From NCBI GenBank assembly GCA_963729895.1, contig CAVSQB010000010.1, positions 1 through 64,000 of the forward strand: a stretch of DNA of 64,000 nt. The letters are read 5' to 3'. Position numbers and translations under genes: made by a program. Below, one piece after another: positions 47,703-57,700 of the stretch; within the stretch, counting starts at the first letter, position 1, and each line of letters begins with the position of its first letter. The stretch is from an uncultured Fibrobacterota bacterium (lineage in GTDB: Bacteria > Fibrobacterota > Chitinivibrionia > Chitinivibrionales > FEN-1185). The notes below the pieces were generated by a model. That model did not search any database and was not told the origin of the DNA. It worked only from the letters and a program-made list of their open reading frames with translations.

Positions 47703-48863
47703 ATCACCAAAAAAGCCTCGCCAGTACGCTTTCGGCCGTTTGCGGCCGCAGCCGCTATCGTCGCCGTTCTTGTTGTCTGCCTTGTCTGGTTTGTCGCAAA
47801 GAAACCCGATTCCTGCAGCGCCCTTTTTTCCCTAGTGACGGGCGGGCGGGCGCCCGCCGACCCCGTCACCGCAAAAAATACAACAGCGTCGGGCCGGTCG
47901 CCCCTAGAATCGGCGCTGGGCAAGAAACTTGCGGAACTGGAAGTCCGACCGGCGGACATAACCTCGCGATATTCCCCGCAGGATCACGCGATTCTCATGC
48001 AGGCTGCCATCCCAAAAGGAAAACCGCTCGAATGGATCGTGTGGCAGCTATCCACCGCGGTCGAGGGTACCGCGTATCGCGTTTCCGACTGCACGGCGGA
48101 CGAAAGAAAACCGGCGTGTACCATGGTGTTCTCTTCGGCCTCAAAACGCGATCCGCAAATCACGCTTGCCCTGGCCGCGTCCGATAGGTTCTTTTCCGGC
48201 ACGGCGCGCATGGGTTTTGTCGTTGAAAATCTGGAAGACACGGCCTACCAGGTCGCGGTCGCGATGCTTTCTTTTCCGGAACCAATCACCGTTTCCCTGG
48301 CGCCGGCGGGAAAGAAAGCGTTTCTCATCGCCCAGCTTGCCGAACAGTATAAGAAGGAAGTAATTATCCGCCTTCCGCTTGAACCCGTGGGCAAAGTTCC
48401 CAAGGAATTTGAGCAGTTGACCATTATGGTGCACTACTCCCCGGAGGCGATCCGCCGGATAATTTCCGATGCTGTAAAACATGTCCCGAATGTAAAAGGA
48501 TTCTCCAACCTGTGGGGTTCCCGCGCCTTGGAAGACTCCCGGGTGATGACCATCGTCCTCGATGAGGCGAAGAAACTGCACGGATACTTTGTGGCAACGA
48601 AATCCGCCAAGAACCCGGTGGCCGGCCCCATCGCGGCGCGCATCGGCCTGCCGTACGAAGAAATCGGCGTCCGGCTGGAAAAGACCGCCGCAACGGACCT
48701 GCTCGCCGAAATCAAGCATTACGCAGCTGTCGCGCAGGCAAAGGGTTCCCTTCTGGTACGGTGCTCGGGAACGCGCCAAACCGGTGAAGCGCTCAGGGCC
48801 GCGCTCCCGTTTCTGAAGCAGAACGGGATACAACTGGCGTTTGTTTCGGAAATCCTGAAGTAG
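47703..48863 (+). CDS. Divergent polysaccharide deacetylase (YibQ-like) with N-terminal TM; probable ATC start at 47703 (ORF finder used GTG 47835)
   Basis: KEVIIRLPLEP, P..KGFSNLWGSR, M..VL motifs; open in-frame upstream segment encodes a basic patch plus a TM helix. Confidence 0.75.
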   Translation: MTKKASPVRFRPFAAAAAIVAVLVVCLVWFVAKKPDSCSALFSLVTGGRAPADPVTAKNTTASGRSPLESALGKKLAELEVRPADITSRYSPQDHAILMQAAIPKGKPLEWIVWQLSTAVEGTAYRVSDCTADERKPACTMVFSSASKRDPQITLALAASDRFFSGTARMGFVVENLEDTAYQVAVAMLSFPEPITVSLAPAGKKAFLIAQLAEQYKKEVIIRLPLEPVGKVPKEFEQLTIMVHYSPEAIRRIISDAVKHVPNVKGFSNLWGSRALEDSRVMTIVLDEAKKLHGYFVATKSAKNPVAGPIAARIGLPYEEIGVRLEKTAATDLLAEIKHYAAVAQAKGSLLVRCSGTRQTGEALRAALPFLKQNGIQLAFVSEILK

Positions 48864-49015
48864 ATGCCGCCGCTTGCAGCACGTCCAACCGCCCCGTTAC
48901 TGAGCCGTTCATAGCTAAGGCCGCCTGAGGCATTCGCTCTACGATGAACTGCTTAGTAACCTCCTAAAACCACATCACAAAAATGTATATTGAAGCATCG
49001 AAAGGAGAACAACAC

Positions 49016-49726
49016 ATGGCCACCCTTGGCGTCAATATCGACCATATCGCCACCATCCGCCAGGCTCGCGGAGGAAAAGATCCCGATCCTGTCCAGGCCG
49101 CGGTGGTCGCCGAGCTCGCCGGAGCGCACGGCATTACCGCCCATCTCCGCGAAGACCGGCGCCATATCCAGGACCGCGACGTGTACCTGCTCAAACAGAC
49201 CGTCTCCACGCGGCTCAATCTCGAAATGGCGGCAACGCCCGACATCGTGAAGATCGCGGTTGACGTCCTTCCGTTCATGGTGACACTCGTGCCGGAAAAA
49301 CGCGAAGAGCGCACCACTGAAGGCGGACTTCCCGTGAGCGACAAGGAACGAGACCTCGAAAAGACCATCGAGTCTTTCCGCAACAACAACATTATCGTCA
49401 GCCTTTTTATCGACCCCGATATCCGGCAGATCAAGGCGGCAAGGCATACGGGCGCTTCGCACATCGAACTGCACACCGGGTATTACGCAAACGCCAAGGG
49501 TCAGGCGCGGTTCGATGAACTGGAGCGATTGCGCGATGCGACCATGGTGGCCAGGAAACTCGGGCTGCGCGTGAACGCGGGCCACGGACTCGATTACCAC
49601 AACGTGACGGCCGTGGCGGGAATCGAGGGAATGGAAGAGCTTAACATCGGACACAGCATCGTGGCGCGGGCCGCGCTGGCGGGACTTGACAGCGCCGTGC
49701 GCGACATGCTGGCGCTTGTCGGTTGA
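49016..49726 (+). CDS. pdxJ: Pyridoxine 5'-phosphate synthase
   Basis: [60 protein letters not shown]. Confidence 0.97.
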   Translation: MATLGVNIDHIATIRQARGGKDPDPVQAAVVAELAGAHGITAHLREDRRHIQDRDVYLLKQTVSTRLNLEMAATPDIVKIAVDVLPFMVTLVPEKREERTTEGGLPVSDKERDLEKTIESFRNNNIIVSLFIDPDIRQIKAARHTGASHIELHTGYYANAKGQARFDELERLRDATMVARKLGLRVNAGHGLDYHNVTAVAGIEGMEELNIGHSIVARAALAGLDSAVRDMLALVG

Positions 49727-49765
49727 CAAGCCCCGGGATCTGCTCCTGTCAACCTTTGGTTGCGA

Positions 49766-49812
49766 CAAACAGGAAACGCGCCGGTACACAGCACCGGCGC
49801 GTTTCCTGTTTG
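49766..49812. terminator. 20-bp perfect hairpin between convergent pdxJ and the dehydrogenase gene
   Basis: CAAACAGGAAACGCGCCGGT-acacagc-ACCGGCGCGTTTCCTGTTTG. Confidence 0.8.
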
Positions 49813-49831
49813 CCTCATCACCAAGAATGTC

Positions 49832-51121
49832 TCAGCCGGCCCGGGCCTTCGTCTTCGTCCGTGCCACCGAAGGCTTCTTCTCTTTGGTCTGATCGGATTT
49901 GGACGGCTTGACGAATTTTATTTCGGTGGGAAGCCCGTTCTTGTCCATGATCTCGATAAACGGGTCCGGGTCGAGTTCCTCGACGTTCACCATGGTCTTG
50001 GGGTTCCAGGTTCCGTTGGCAACGAGTAAGGCGGCTGCGGCGGCCGGAACGCCGGCAGTATAGCTGATTGCCTGCGACTCCACTTCTTCGTAGCATTTCT
50101 TGTGGTCGCAGATGTTGTAGATAAAAATCTCCTTTTCCTTGCCGTCCTTTTTTCCCCTGATGAGATTGCCGATGCACGTTTTCCCCGTATAGACCTGGGC
50201 CAGCGTGCTCGGATCGGGCAGGCATGCCTTGACAACCTTGAGCGGAACCACCACCAGGCCTTCGGCCGTGGTGACGGGCTGGTGCGACAGGAGCCCGATG
50301 TTCTTGAGCACGGTGAATACGTTGACGTAGTGGTCGGAGAATCCCATCCAGAAGCGGATGCTGTTTGCGTCGATGTTTTTGGAAAGCGAATGCAGTTCGT
50401 CGTGGCCGTTGAGGTACACCGTCTGCTTGCCCACCACGGGAAACGTGTACACCATTTTCTCGTCGTGGATCGGCTTGCACACCCACTTGCGGTCGATCCA
50501 GGTCCATACCTTTATGAATTCCCTGAAGTTAATTTCGGGATCAAAATTGGTGGCAAAGTACTTGCCGTGGCTGCCGGCATTGACGTCCATGATATCGACG
50601 GTGTCGATGATGTCGAAATGATGTTTTACCGCCAGCGCGCAATAGGCGTTCACCACGCCGGGGTCGAACCCAACGCCGAGGATGGCGTTGATGCCGCGCT
50701 GCGTGCAGCGGTCCTTGCGCTTCCACTCGTAGTTGGCGTACCATGGCGGGTCTTCGCACACGCGGTCGGGTTCCTCGTGGATGGCGGTGTCCATGTAACT
50801 CACGCCCGCCTGGATGCACGCCTCGAGCACCGACATATTGACGAATGCTGCCCCCAGGTTGAGCACGATCTGCGAATTGGTCTCCTTGATGAGCTTCACC
50901 GTTGCGGGAATGTCCATGGCGTTGATCTGGCGGGAGAACAGCTTGCCCGACCTGTTCTTGATGTTGTTCTTCCGCATGACGCTGTCGATGATGGCATCGC
51001 ACTTGTACTGCGTGCGCGACGCGATGCAGATGTCTCCCAGGACGTCGTTGTGCTGCGCGCACTTGTGCGCGGCCACATGGGCCACGGCCCCGGCACCGAT
51101 GATCAACACGTTTCTTTTCAT
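49832..51121 (-). CDS. Carboxy(nor)spermidine dehydrogenase (saccharopine dehydrogenase family)
   Basis: IIGAGAV, GFDPGV, FATNFDPEIN.RE, SQAISYTAGVP; adjacent to nspC. Confidence 0.93.
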   Translation of the reverse strand: MKRNVLIIGAGAVAHVAAHKCAQHNDVLGDICIASRTQYKCDAIIDSVMRKNNIKNRSGKLFSRQINAMDIPATVKLIKETNSQIVLNLGAAFVNMSVLEACIQAGVSYMDTAIHEEPDRVCEDPPWYANYEWKRKDRCTQRGINAILGVGFDPGVVNAYCALAVKHHFDIIDTVDIMDVNAGSHGKYFATNFDPEINFREFIKVWTWIDRKWVCKPIHDEKMVYTFPVVGKQTVYLNGHDELHSLSKNIDANSIRFWMGFSDHYVNVFTVLKNIGLLSHQPVTTAEGLVVVPLKVVKACLPDPSTLAQVYTGKTCIGNLIRGKKDGKEKEIFIYNICDHKKCYEEVESQAISYTAGVPAAAAALLVANGTWNPKTMVNVEELDPDPFIEIMDKNGLPTEIKFVKPSKSDQTKEKKPSVARTKTKARAG

Positions 51122-51136
51122 ACTGCAACACCCTTC

Positions 51137-52240
51137 TCACGATACATTGTTTTTGAAATCACCATACGTAAACCGGCGGACCGTCTCGACGGACCCGTTG
51201 AGCCTTTTTACGACGATTGACGGCATAGGAAGCCCGTTGAACCAGTTCTTCTTCACCATCGAATAGCCTGCGGCATCCGCAAAACGCAGAACGCTCCCCA
51301 CGGCGAGCCGCCGCGGGAAACGAAACGTACCGAACACGTCTCCGGCAAGACACGATCTGCCGGCCACCATATACCGAAACGAGGCCCGTTTCCGCTCATG
51401 TACTTTTGCCGGCAACCGGTAGATGAGCAGGTCGAGCAGGTGCGCCTCCACGGACGCGTCCACGACCGCTATGTCGATTTCGTTTTTGACAATGTCGACA
51501 ACCGTGGTGACCAGCTCGGCCGACTGCGTTACCGCGCTTTCGCCCGGTTCGAGATAAATCCGGATGCCGAAGCGCGCTGCAAATTCCCTGAGCGCCGCGC
51601 AGAACGCCTGGAGCGGGTAACCGTCTTTGGTAAAATAGAGCCCGCCGCCGAAGCTCACCCACTCCATTTTTTCGAGCAGGCCGCCGTAGGTTTTGCCGAT
51701 GTACTCAAGCGACGAGGTAAAATTGTTCAGATCGTCGTTTTCGCAGTTAAAGTGGAACATGAGGCCGGTAATGAGATCCGAAACCGAATACAACTCCTTT
51801 TTATCAATGACGCCGAGCCTCGAATACCTTCGGGCGGGGTCCGCGAGGTCGTAGTGGGAACGGCTGATGCCCGGATTGACCCGAAGGCCCGCCGCGCGCC
51901 CGCGCACCAGATGGTGATACCGCCGGAGCTGGGACACGGAGTTGAAGATAACCTTGTCCGCGTATTTCTTGACGGACTTGATTTCTTCCTCGGTATACCC
52001 AACGCAGTAGGCGTGGGTTTCCTTGCCGAATGTTTCGTACCCGAGCCGCGCTTCGAACAGCGAGCTGCTCGTGGTCCCGTCCATGTAACGCTTCATAAGA
52101 TCGAATACGGCCCATGCGGAAAAACATTTGAGGGCGAGCACGACCTTGGCGCCCGATGTTTCGCGCACACGCTGGATCTTCTTCAGGTTGCGGAGCAATT
52201 TTCGTTCGTCAATGAGGTAATAGGGAGTCGTAATCGTCAT
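51137..52240 (-). CDS. nspC: Carboxy(nor)spermidine decarboxylase
   Basis: TPYYLIDE, LALKCF, SSLFEARLG, LRVNP, EPGE, SCLAGD, YSMVKKNWFNG. Confidence 0.94.
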   Translation of the reverse strand: MTITTPYYLIDERKLLRNLKKIQRVRETSGAKVVLALKCFSAWAVFDLMKRYMDGTTSSSLFEARLGYETFGKETHAYCVGYTEEEIKSVKKYADKVIFNSVSQLRRYHHLVRGRAAGLRVNPGISRSHYDLADPARRYSRLGVIDKKELYSVSDLITGLMFHFNCENDDLNNFTSSLEYIGKTYGGLLEKMEWVSFGGGLYFTKDGYPLQAFCAALREFAARFGIRIYLEPGESAVTQSAELVTTVVDIVKNEIDIAVVDASVEAHLLDLLIYRLPAKVHERKRASFRYMVAGRSCLAGDVFGTFRFPRRLAVGSVLRFADAAGYSMVKKNWFNGLPMPSIVVKRLNGSVETVRRFTYGDFKNNVS

Positions 52241-52698
52241 GGCCGGCCTGGTGCTTCGCTCCGGTGGAAGGAAATGCCCGTTGAGAATCGTATGATAAAA
52301 TTAAAATCCAACGAAAAAAAATGAAAGATGTTTTCGAAGAAAATCCGCCGGTCCTAGCCGGGACGGCGGCAGCGGCGTCACGTGAATGCCGTCGCCTTCG
52401 GCCAGGCGCGTGCCGCTTGTTTTGAAAGCATGGTTTGACGCCCCCTGGTTTGTGCGGACGGACGGACAACCTTCGGGTGGAACACCCGCAGCATGGCTTT
52501 ATCCATTTTGAATCAACAGACACTTTACTTTTTTGTTTCATTGTGTTACCATTTTATTGAAGAACCCCGCCCCAAGTGGCGGGGACCGCGATTACAACGG
52601 GATGTACGCCCCAGTGAGCGGGCTGCGTTATTGAGCAGGACTTGAAAATCAATACCCGATTTTTTTACCAACCATCAACCACTGTTTCAGGAGGTTCC

Positions 52699-53121
52699 AT
52701 GAAAAACTCATTGCTCTTCGCTCTCGCAGGAATCCTCTTTCTCTGCCCTGGGGCCTTCGCACAAAAGGATTCCACCACTTCCGCTGATACTATTTCGCAA
52801 ATAGCCAAGGTCTACAAGCTCGACAGCATCGCGTTCGGAACGGGTGTTGAACAGCGGGTACCGCAGGGCGTTGCAAATGAATTCGGCCCCTCGCCTGCAA
52901 AAGTGTTCTGCTGGACAAAAATATCCATCAATGCCGCTCCTGTGAGCATCAAGCACGTTTGGTACAACGGCGACGAGAAAGTCCTTGAAGTGCCGCTCAG
53001 GTTACGGTACGCTTCAGGACGCCTCTGGAGCTACAAGACCGTGACCCCCGGGCAATGGAAAGTGGAGGTGATCGGAGAGAACGGAGACGTTATCGGTTCT
53101 TCGAGCTTTACGGCAAAGTAA
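52699..53121 (+). CDS. Secreted DUF2914-like protein
   Basis: GGAGG RBS; signal peptide; R.P.G, V.CWT, HVWY, RLWSYK...GQWKVEV. Confidence 0.8.
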   Translation: MKNSLLFALAGILFLCPGAFAQKDSTTSADTISQIAKVYKLDSIAFGTGVEQRVPQGVANEFGPSPAKVFCWTKISINAAPVSIKHVWYNGDEKVLEVPLRLRYASGRLWSYKTVTPGQWKVEVIGENGDVIGSSSFTAK

Positions 53122-53365
53122 CAAAGGTAAAGCCCCCGGGCTTGCCGCACTTGCCCTTGCAGATCGCTGCGGCTCGTGCCGGGGGATTCTTGATGCGCGC
53201 CGAAACATTCCGATAGTACCTCAAGCAACATGGGGCACCGTCGTAAGTTTTCCCTTTATCTCACACCGACAGACGGACATTTCGTAAAGTCGCTGCCGGA
53301 ACAACCGAGACCAAGTCGGTCCTTTCCGAATATTATTTTCCTATTCTGCAAAGAAGTTGCGTGCT

Positions 53366-53411
53366 ATGTGACCGCCGTCACATGTCGGTTGGAGTGGCGG
53401 TATGCTATTTT
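53366..53411 (+). promoter_or_regulatory. CRP/FNR-type box plus extended -10, now separated from its gene by IS copy B
   Basis: ATGTGAC-CGCC-GTCACAT (TGTGA-N6-TCACA, 53367-53382) and TGcTATTTT (53403-53411). Confidence 0.55.
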
Positions 53412-53418
53412 TCATAAG

Positions 53419-54723
53419 CGTGTTGCCTCATAATAAAAGGTAACCGAAGGGTCAGATTCGATGCCTCACAAATGAGGTAACCGTAACAAGGTTGAAAATG
53501 GTTTTGAGTTTTCTTTCGATAGTCTTTTTTAATTGGAATGGATTGAGAGCACGGTGGGTCAGTTCAAGGCTTTGCTTGACTTCTGAAGCTATGTAAGGTG
53601 ATTCAACGATTCTTTGATAGGGAGTTTTCGGTTCTTCATAGGTCTTGCGGTATCGAGATCCTATCCGGATTTTAGATTTGAGTTTCAGCGATGGACAGAA
53701 GTGGTTTTGATAGAGAGACCACTCGTTGGCATAGAGGTCGTTAATGAGGGGAAGCGTGTCGGGGTTTTCGATCCGATCATAACCAAGCATGTGCCTGGCC
53801 TGCGCCCAGTTTTTCTGTTCGACATGGGCGTTGTCGTTTTTCTTGTAGGGACGTGACCGGGTGAACTTTACAGGGTCTTGTCGCACGGCGAAGTAGCGTT
53901 CGAGATGATAGTTGAGGAACTCGGACCCGTTATCACAGTCAAAGCCACGCAGGGCAAAAGGTATTCGTCGTTCGATGTCTTTAACCTGCTCAATGACACC
54001 CTGGGAGCCCTTATTCCACACAGCACGGCCTTCGGTCCAAGCAGTATGGATGTCAGTCATGATAAGGCTCCACACAAATTCTCCGGCAAGGCTGGTGCCG
54101 CAATGGGCAACCGTATCCGCCTCCATGAATCCAGGCTGGGTAATATCCCAGTTGTCGGTACGGATGGGGATTTGATTGCGCAGCATGGAGCCGGGCTTGG
54201 TGCCGCACAATCCCTTGCCCATACGCGTACGTAAAGGGCATAGGACGCGGTCAAGCGTGGAGCGGCTGACAGAGAGGAGCCGCGCACGGACTTCCTCGGA
54301 AAGCAGTTCAAAGGATTGTTCGTAGAATGGCAGCCATACTGGAATGACAACCTTAAGGCGGCGAGAGCACATGAAATCAGAGGCTTTCCAGATGTACTGT
54401 AACGCCTTAATAAAAAGCGGTTCAGCATATAAGGGTCTTCTTCCACGCTTGGCTTTTTGTTTCTGTTTGCGTTTTCCAAGTAGCCGGATAGCGTACTTGC
54501 GATTGTATCGGCAAATCGCACAAAACTCATCGAGAATCTGCTTTTTGCCGGCTCTGTTGGAATGGGCATATCGTTGTCGTATCGCTTCCCGATATGCTTC
54601 TTTTTCTTTGTGCCCCATAGTGGTAACCCCCTTTTTTCTTGGGTTACCTTAATTATGAGGCAACGAATCAATTGGTGCGTGTTTCGATTAAGCCTTCGGT
54701 TACATTTAATTTGAGGCAATGCG
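53419..54723 (-). mobile_element. Integrase-core IS, copy B, 1305 bp, inverted relative to copy A
   Basis: Reverse complement of 41091-42395; 4-bp TSD TAAG at 53415-53418 and 54724-54727. Confidence 0.92.
53452..54618 (-). CDS. DDE integrase-core transposase (388 aa)
   Basis: Identical to the 41196-42362 protein except QARH versus QAKH. Confidence 0.92.
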   Translation of the reverse strand: MGHKEKEAYREAIRQRYAHSNRAGKKQILDEFCAICRYNRKYAIRLLGKRKQKQKAKRGRRPLYAEPLFIKALQYIWKASDFMCSRRLKVVIPVWLPFYEQSFELLSEEVRARLLSVSRSTLDRVLCPLRTRMGKGLCGTKPGSMLRNQIPIRTDNWDITQPGFMEADTVAHCGTSLAGEFVWSLIMTDIHTAWTEGRAVWNKGSQGVIEQVKDIERRIPFALRGFDCDNGSEFLNYHLERYFAVRQDPVKFTRSRPYKKNDNAHVEQKNWAQARHMLGYDRIENPDTLPLINDLYANEWSLYQNHFCPSLKLKSKIRIGSRYRKTYEEPKTPYQRIVESPYIASEVKQSLELTHRALNPFQLKKTIERKLKTIFNLVTVTSFVRHRI

Positions 54724-54773
54724 TAAGAAGACCAACCTGTTTTTAGAACTTCTTTTTCGGGGGAATAGTTTGT

Positions 54774-57700
54774 ATGATTAGGAAATGCTCCGTCGTCCTG
54801 TGCGTTTTGTCGATGAGCATGCTTTTTCTGCTCACGTGTACGACCGGCCAAAGTCCCTTCAAGCCCCAGGACGCCTCGGTTTCATTGATCCTGCAGAATT
54901 CAAGCGGCCACAGGGACACAGCCTCCGTCACGGACACGGTGGGAAACCAGGTCCTCATCGCCATGATAGGATATCTTCCTTCTTATATTAACTCGGTGAA
55001 GGTACTCATTTGTACAAGCGCGGACACGGATACTGTTCTCACCTACCCCAAAGCAACTTTGTGGGCCGATACGCAGCGGATCAACATCAAGTTTCATTCC
55101 ATGGGCACGAGGACAGTGACGGTCGATGCTTCCCTTCAAAGGTCGGATAAGATCGTGACAGCGACAATCGTGATTGTGGAGAGGCCGGTTTGGATTTCAA
55201 CACAACCAACGAGTATCAGCGTGGACCCGAACGGGTCTGCCCTGTTTTTCGTGACTCCCAAGGATACGGGGACGTTCCGGTATCAATGGATCAAAGACGG
55301 AACACCCATCTCCGGAGCGACAAAAGATACGCTTATCATTGATCCGGTACTGGCCGCTAACGCAGGCGTTTACACCTGTCTCGTAAAAGATCAGTGGGGC
55401 GATTCAATACTTACCAATGAAGCCGTTCTAACTATTAACCAGGGTTCAACCTCCAACCACAAACCTGTGCTCAGCGTTACCGGCGTGCGAAACATCCTGA
55501 CCGCCCAGGCCTGTTCACTTTCCCTTTCCGCTACAGACCCTGATGCCGGCCAGACGCTTACCTATGCAATGATCAAGTCTCCGCAGGGCGCCACCCTGAC
55601 CGCAAACATATTCAGGTGGACTGCTCCGGCAGGACAAACAGGCGCCGACACTGCGATCTTTACGGTTACCGATAACGGAACCCCGCCCATGTCCGATACG
55701 CAGACCGTGATCATCACGGTAAGCTCGCAGATAACGGTTCCGGTCAAAGTCCCTGGCGTCAAGGCGGTTTCAAAGGCCAATGGATATTTCGTTTTTTCGT
55801 GGAACAAGGTCTCCAATGCGGATTCGTATAACATATTCCGCTCTGCAGATACGGTTGCCGCAGACTTCCAGAAGATCGGCAGCACGTCGGATTCTCTGTT
55901 CGACGATTCTGCAAAGATGACCAATTACTACTATTACGTTGTTGCGGTCAACACCGCAGGATCGTCTCCTGCGTCTGCCTTGGTTTATTCCGGCTCGATC
56001 AAGACGCCGCCTGTCATCATGGTGCTGGCCGACACCGCGGTTGCTCAAGGGAAAACCCTGAGCTTCATGGTGCAAACCATTGCCCCTGCCCAGGACACGG
56101 TTACGCTGGCAGCAACGGACACCACAGGCGTAAAACTGCCGGATTCCGCGACGTTCAATGCAAAGACCGGGATATTCACCTGGACCCCGACGTTCGGCCA
56201 GTTGGGATTGTATAAGATTGTTTTCACCGCAGGAGACGGGAATGCGGTCGCCAAAGACACGGTGAAGATCACGGTAACCAAGACCGACCGTCCGCCGGTT
56301 GTCCAGCCGCAATCGGTGAATGCGGGCAGGAACCAGGCCATCACCATTACTCTTGCGGCGACCGATCCTGACGGCGATGCTATTACGCAATGGCAAGTGA
56401 CCCAGAAACCGGACAATGGAACGGCGACTCTTGCCGACTCTACAAAAGGGAGTGTGGTGTATACGCCGAACACTGGTTTTATCGGCACAGACACCTTTGC
56501 GGTGCGGGCCTCCGACGGCACGTTGTGGAGCGTGGCATCTGCAAACGTGATCGTCACGGTCGACTCAAGCAAGGTTGCGCCCAAGATACAAGTGCAGCCC
56601 AGGCCGGATACCACCGTGAACCAAGGCGGGTCGGTCACGTTTACGGTTGGTATTAACAGCGGCGCCTTCCCGACACCCACGTTTACATGGTACAAAGGGA
56701 CCAAAGGAAGCGGCGCGAGCCTGCAGGCCGGCACAAGCCCGACATATCAAAAGACGGGCGTGGTTGCCGCGGACTCGGGAAACTATTATGTGGTTGTTTC
56801 AAATGCATCGGGCGCTGACACGTCGGCGTATGCGCATCTGGCGGTGAATGCGCCGGCTTCGGCACCAATGCTGGCGTCACCTGCTAACGGCGCAACCGGA
56901 CTGCCTGTTTCTTTGACGCTGGTTTGGAACAAAGTCCCTGGCGCATTGGCGTATTATGTACAGGTCGCTTCCGACACCGGATTTACCATTATGCTGGTTT
57001 CCGACTCGACGCAAACCGACACCACAAAGGCGATATCCGGGTTCTCTAAGGGATCCACGTACTACTGGCGGGTGATGGCGAGGAACGCAGTCGGCACAGG
57101 CGCATGGTCGGCTAAAACGAGCTTTACAACAATAAAACAGTTCGCTCTTATGGTAACTGCAACAAGCGGGGCGGTGACGAAGACTCCGAACGCTACACAG
57201 TATGACTCCGGAACCGTTGTCGGCTTGAAAGCTTTGCCAAATGCAGGGTATCAATTTGGAAATTGGACCGGAGACGCAACAAGTTCGACAGATTCGGCAA
57301 CCGTAGTGATGAACGGGACAAAGAATGTAACGGCAAACTTCAGCGTTATTCAATATCAGCTGACCGTAACGGCCGGGACCGGCGGCACAGTAACGGCGCC
57401 GGCAACATCACCCGCGACGGTAAACAGTGGTGCGCAAACGACGATAACAGCTTCGCCAAGCGTGGGGTACAAATTCGTGAACTGGACAAAAACAAGCGGC
57501 TCTTGTACAATAGCCGACTCTACGCAGGCAACGACGACCGTGAAGGATACTTCGGGAAATGCGACGGTACAGGCGAATTTTGCGGCGTTGGCGTGTTCGT
57601 GGAACCAAGTGCTCAGCAACAATTCATCCACTCAAGATATTTTTTCGATTGCTGCTTGCGGAAATACAATAATGGCGGGACAACAACAATTGGGGATACA

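Noticed and set aside
52556..52630. Assignment as a c-di-GMP-I (GEMM) riboswitch
   Set aside because: It lacks the GNRA tetraloop and the GCAAA/CGCAAAG consensus; kept only as an unassigned structured leader.
41091..54723. Composite transposon formed by the inverted integrase-core IS pair
   Set aside because: Each copy has its own matching TSD (GAGCG; TAAG) and the cargo is housekeeping genes, indicating independent insertions.
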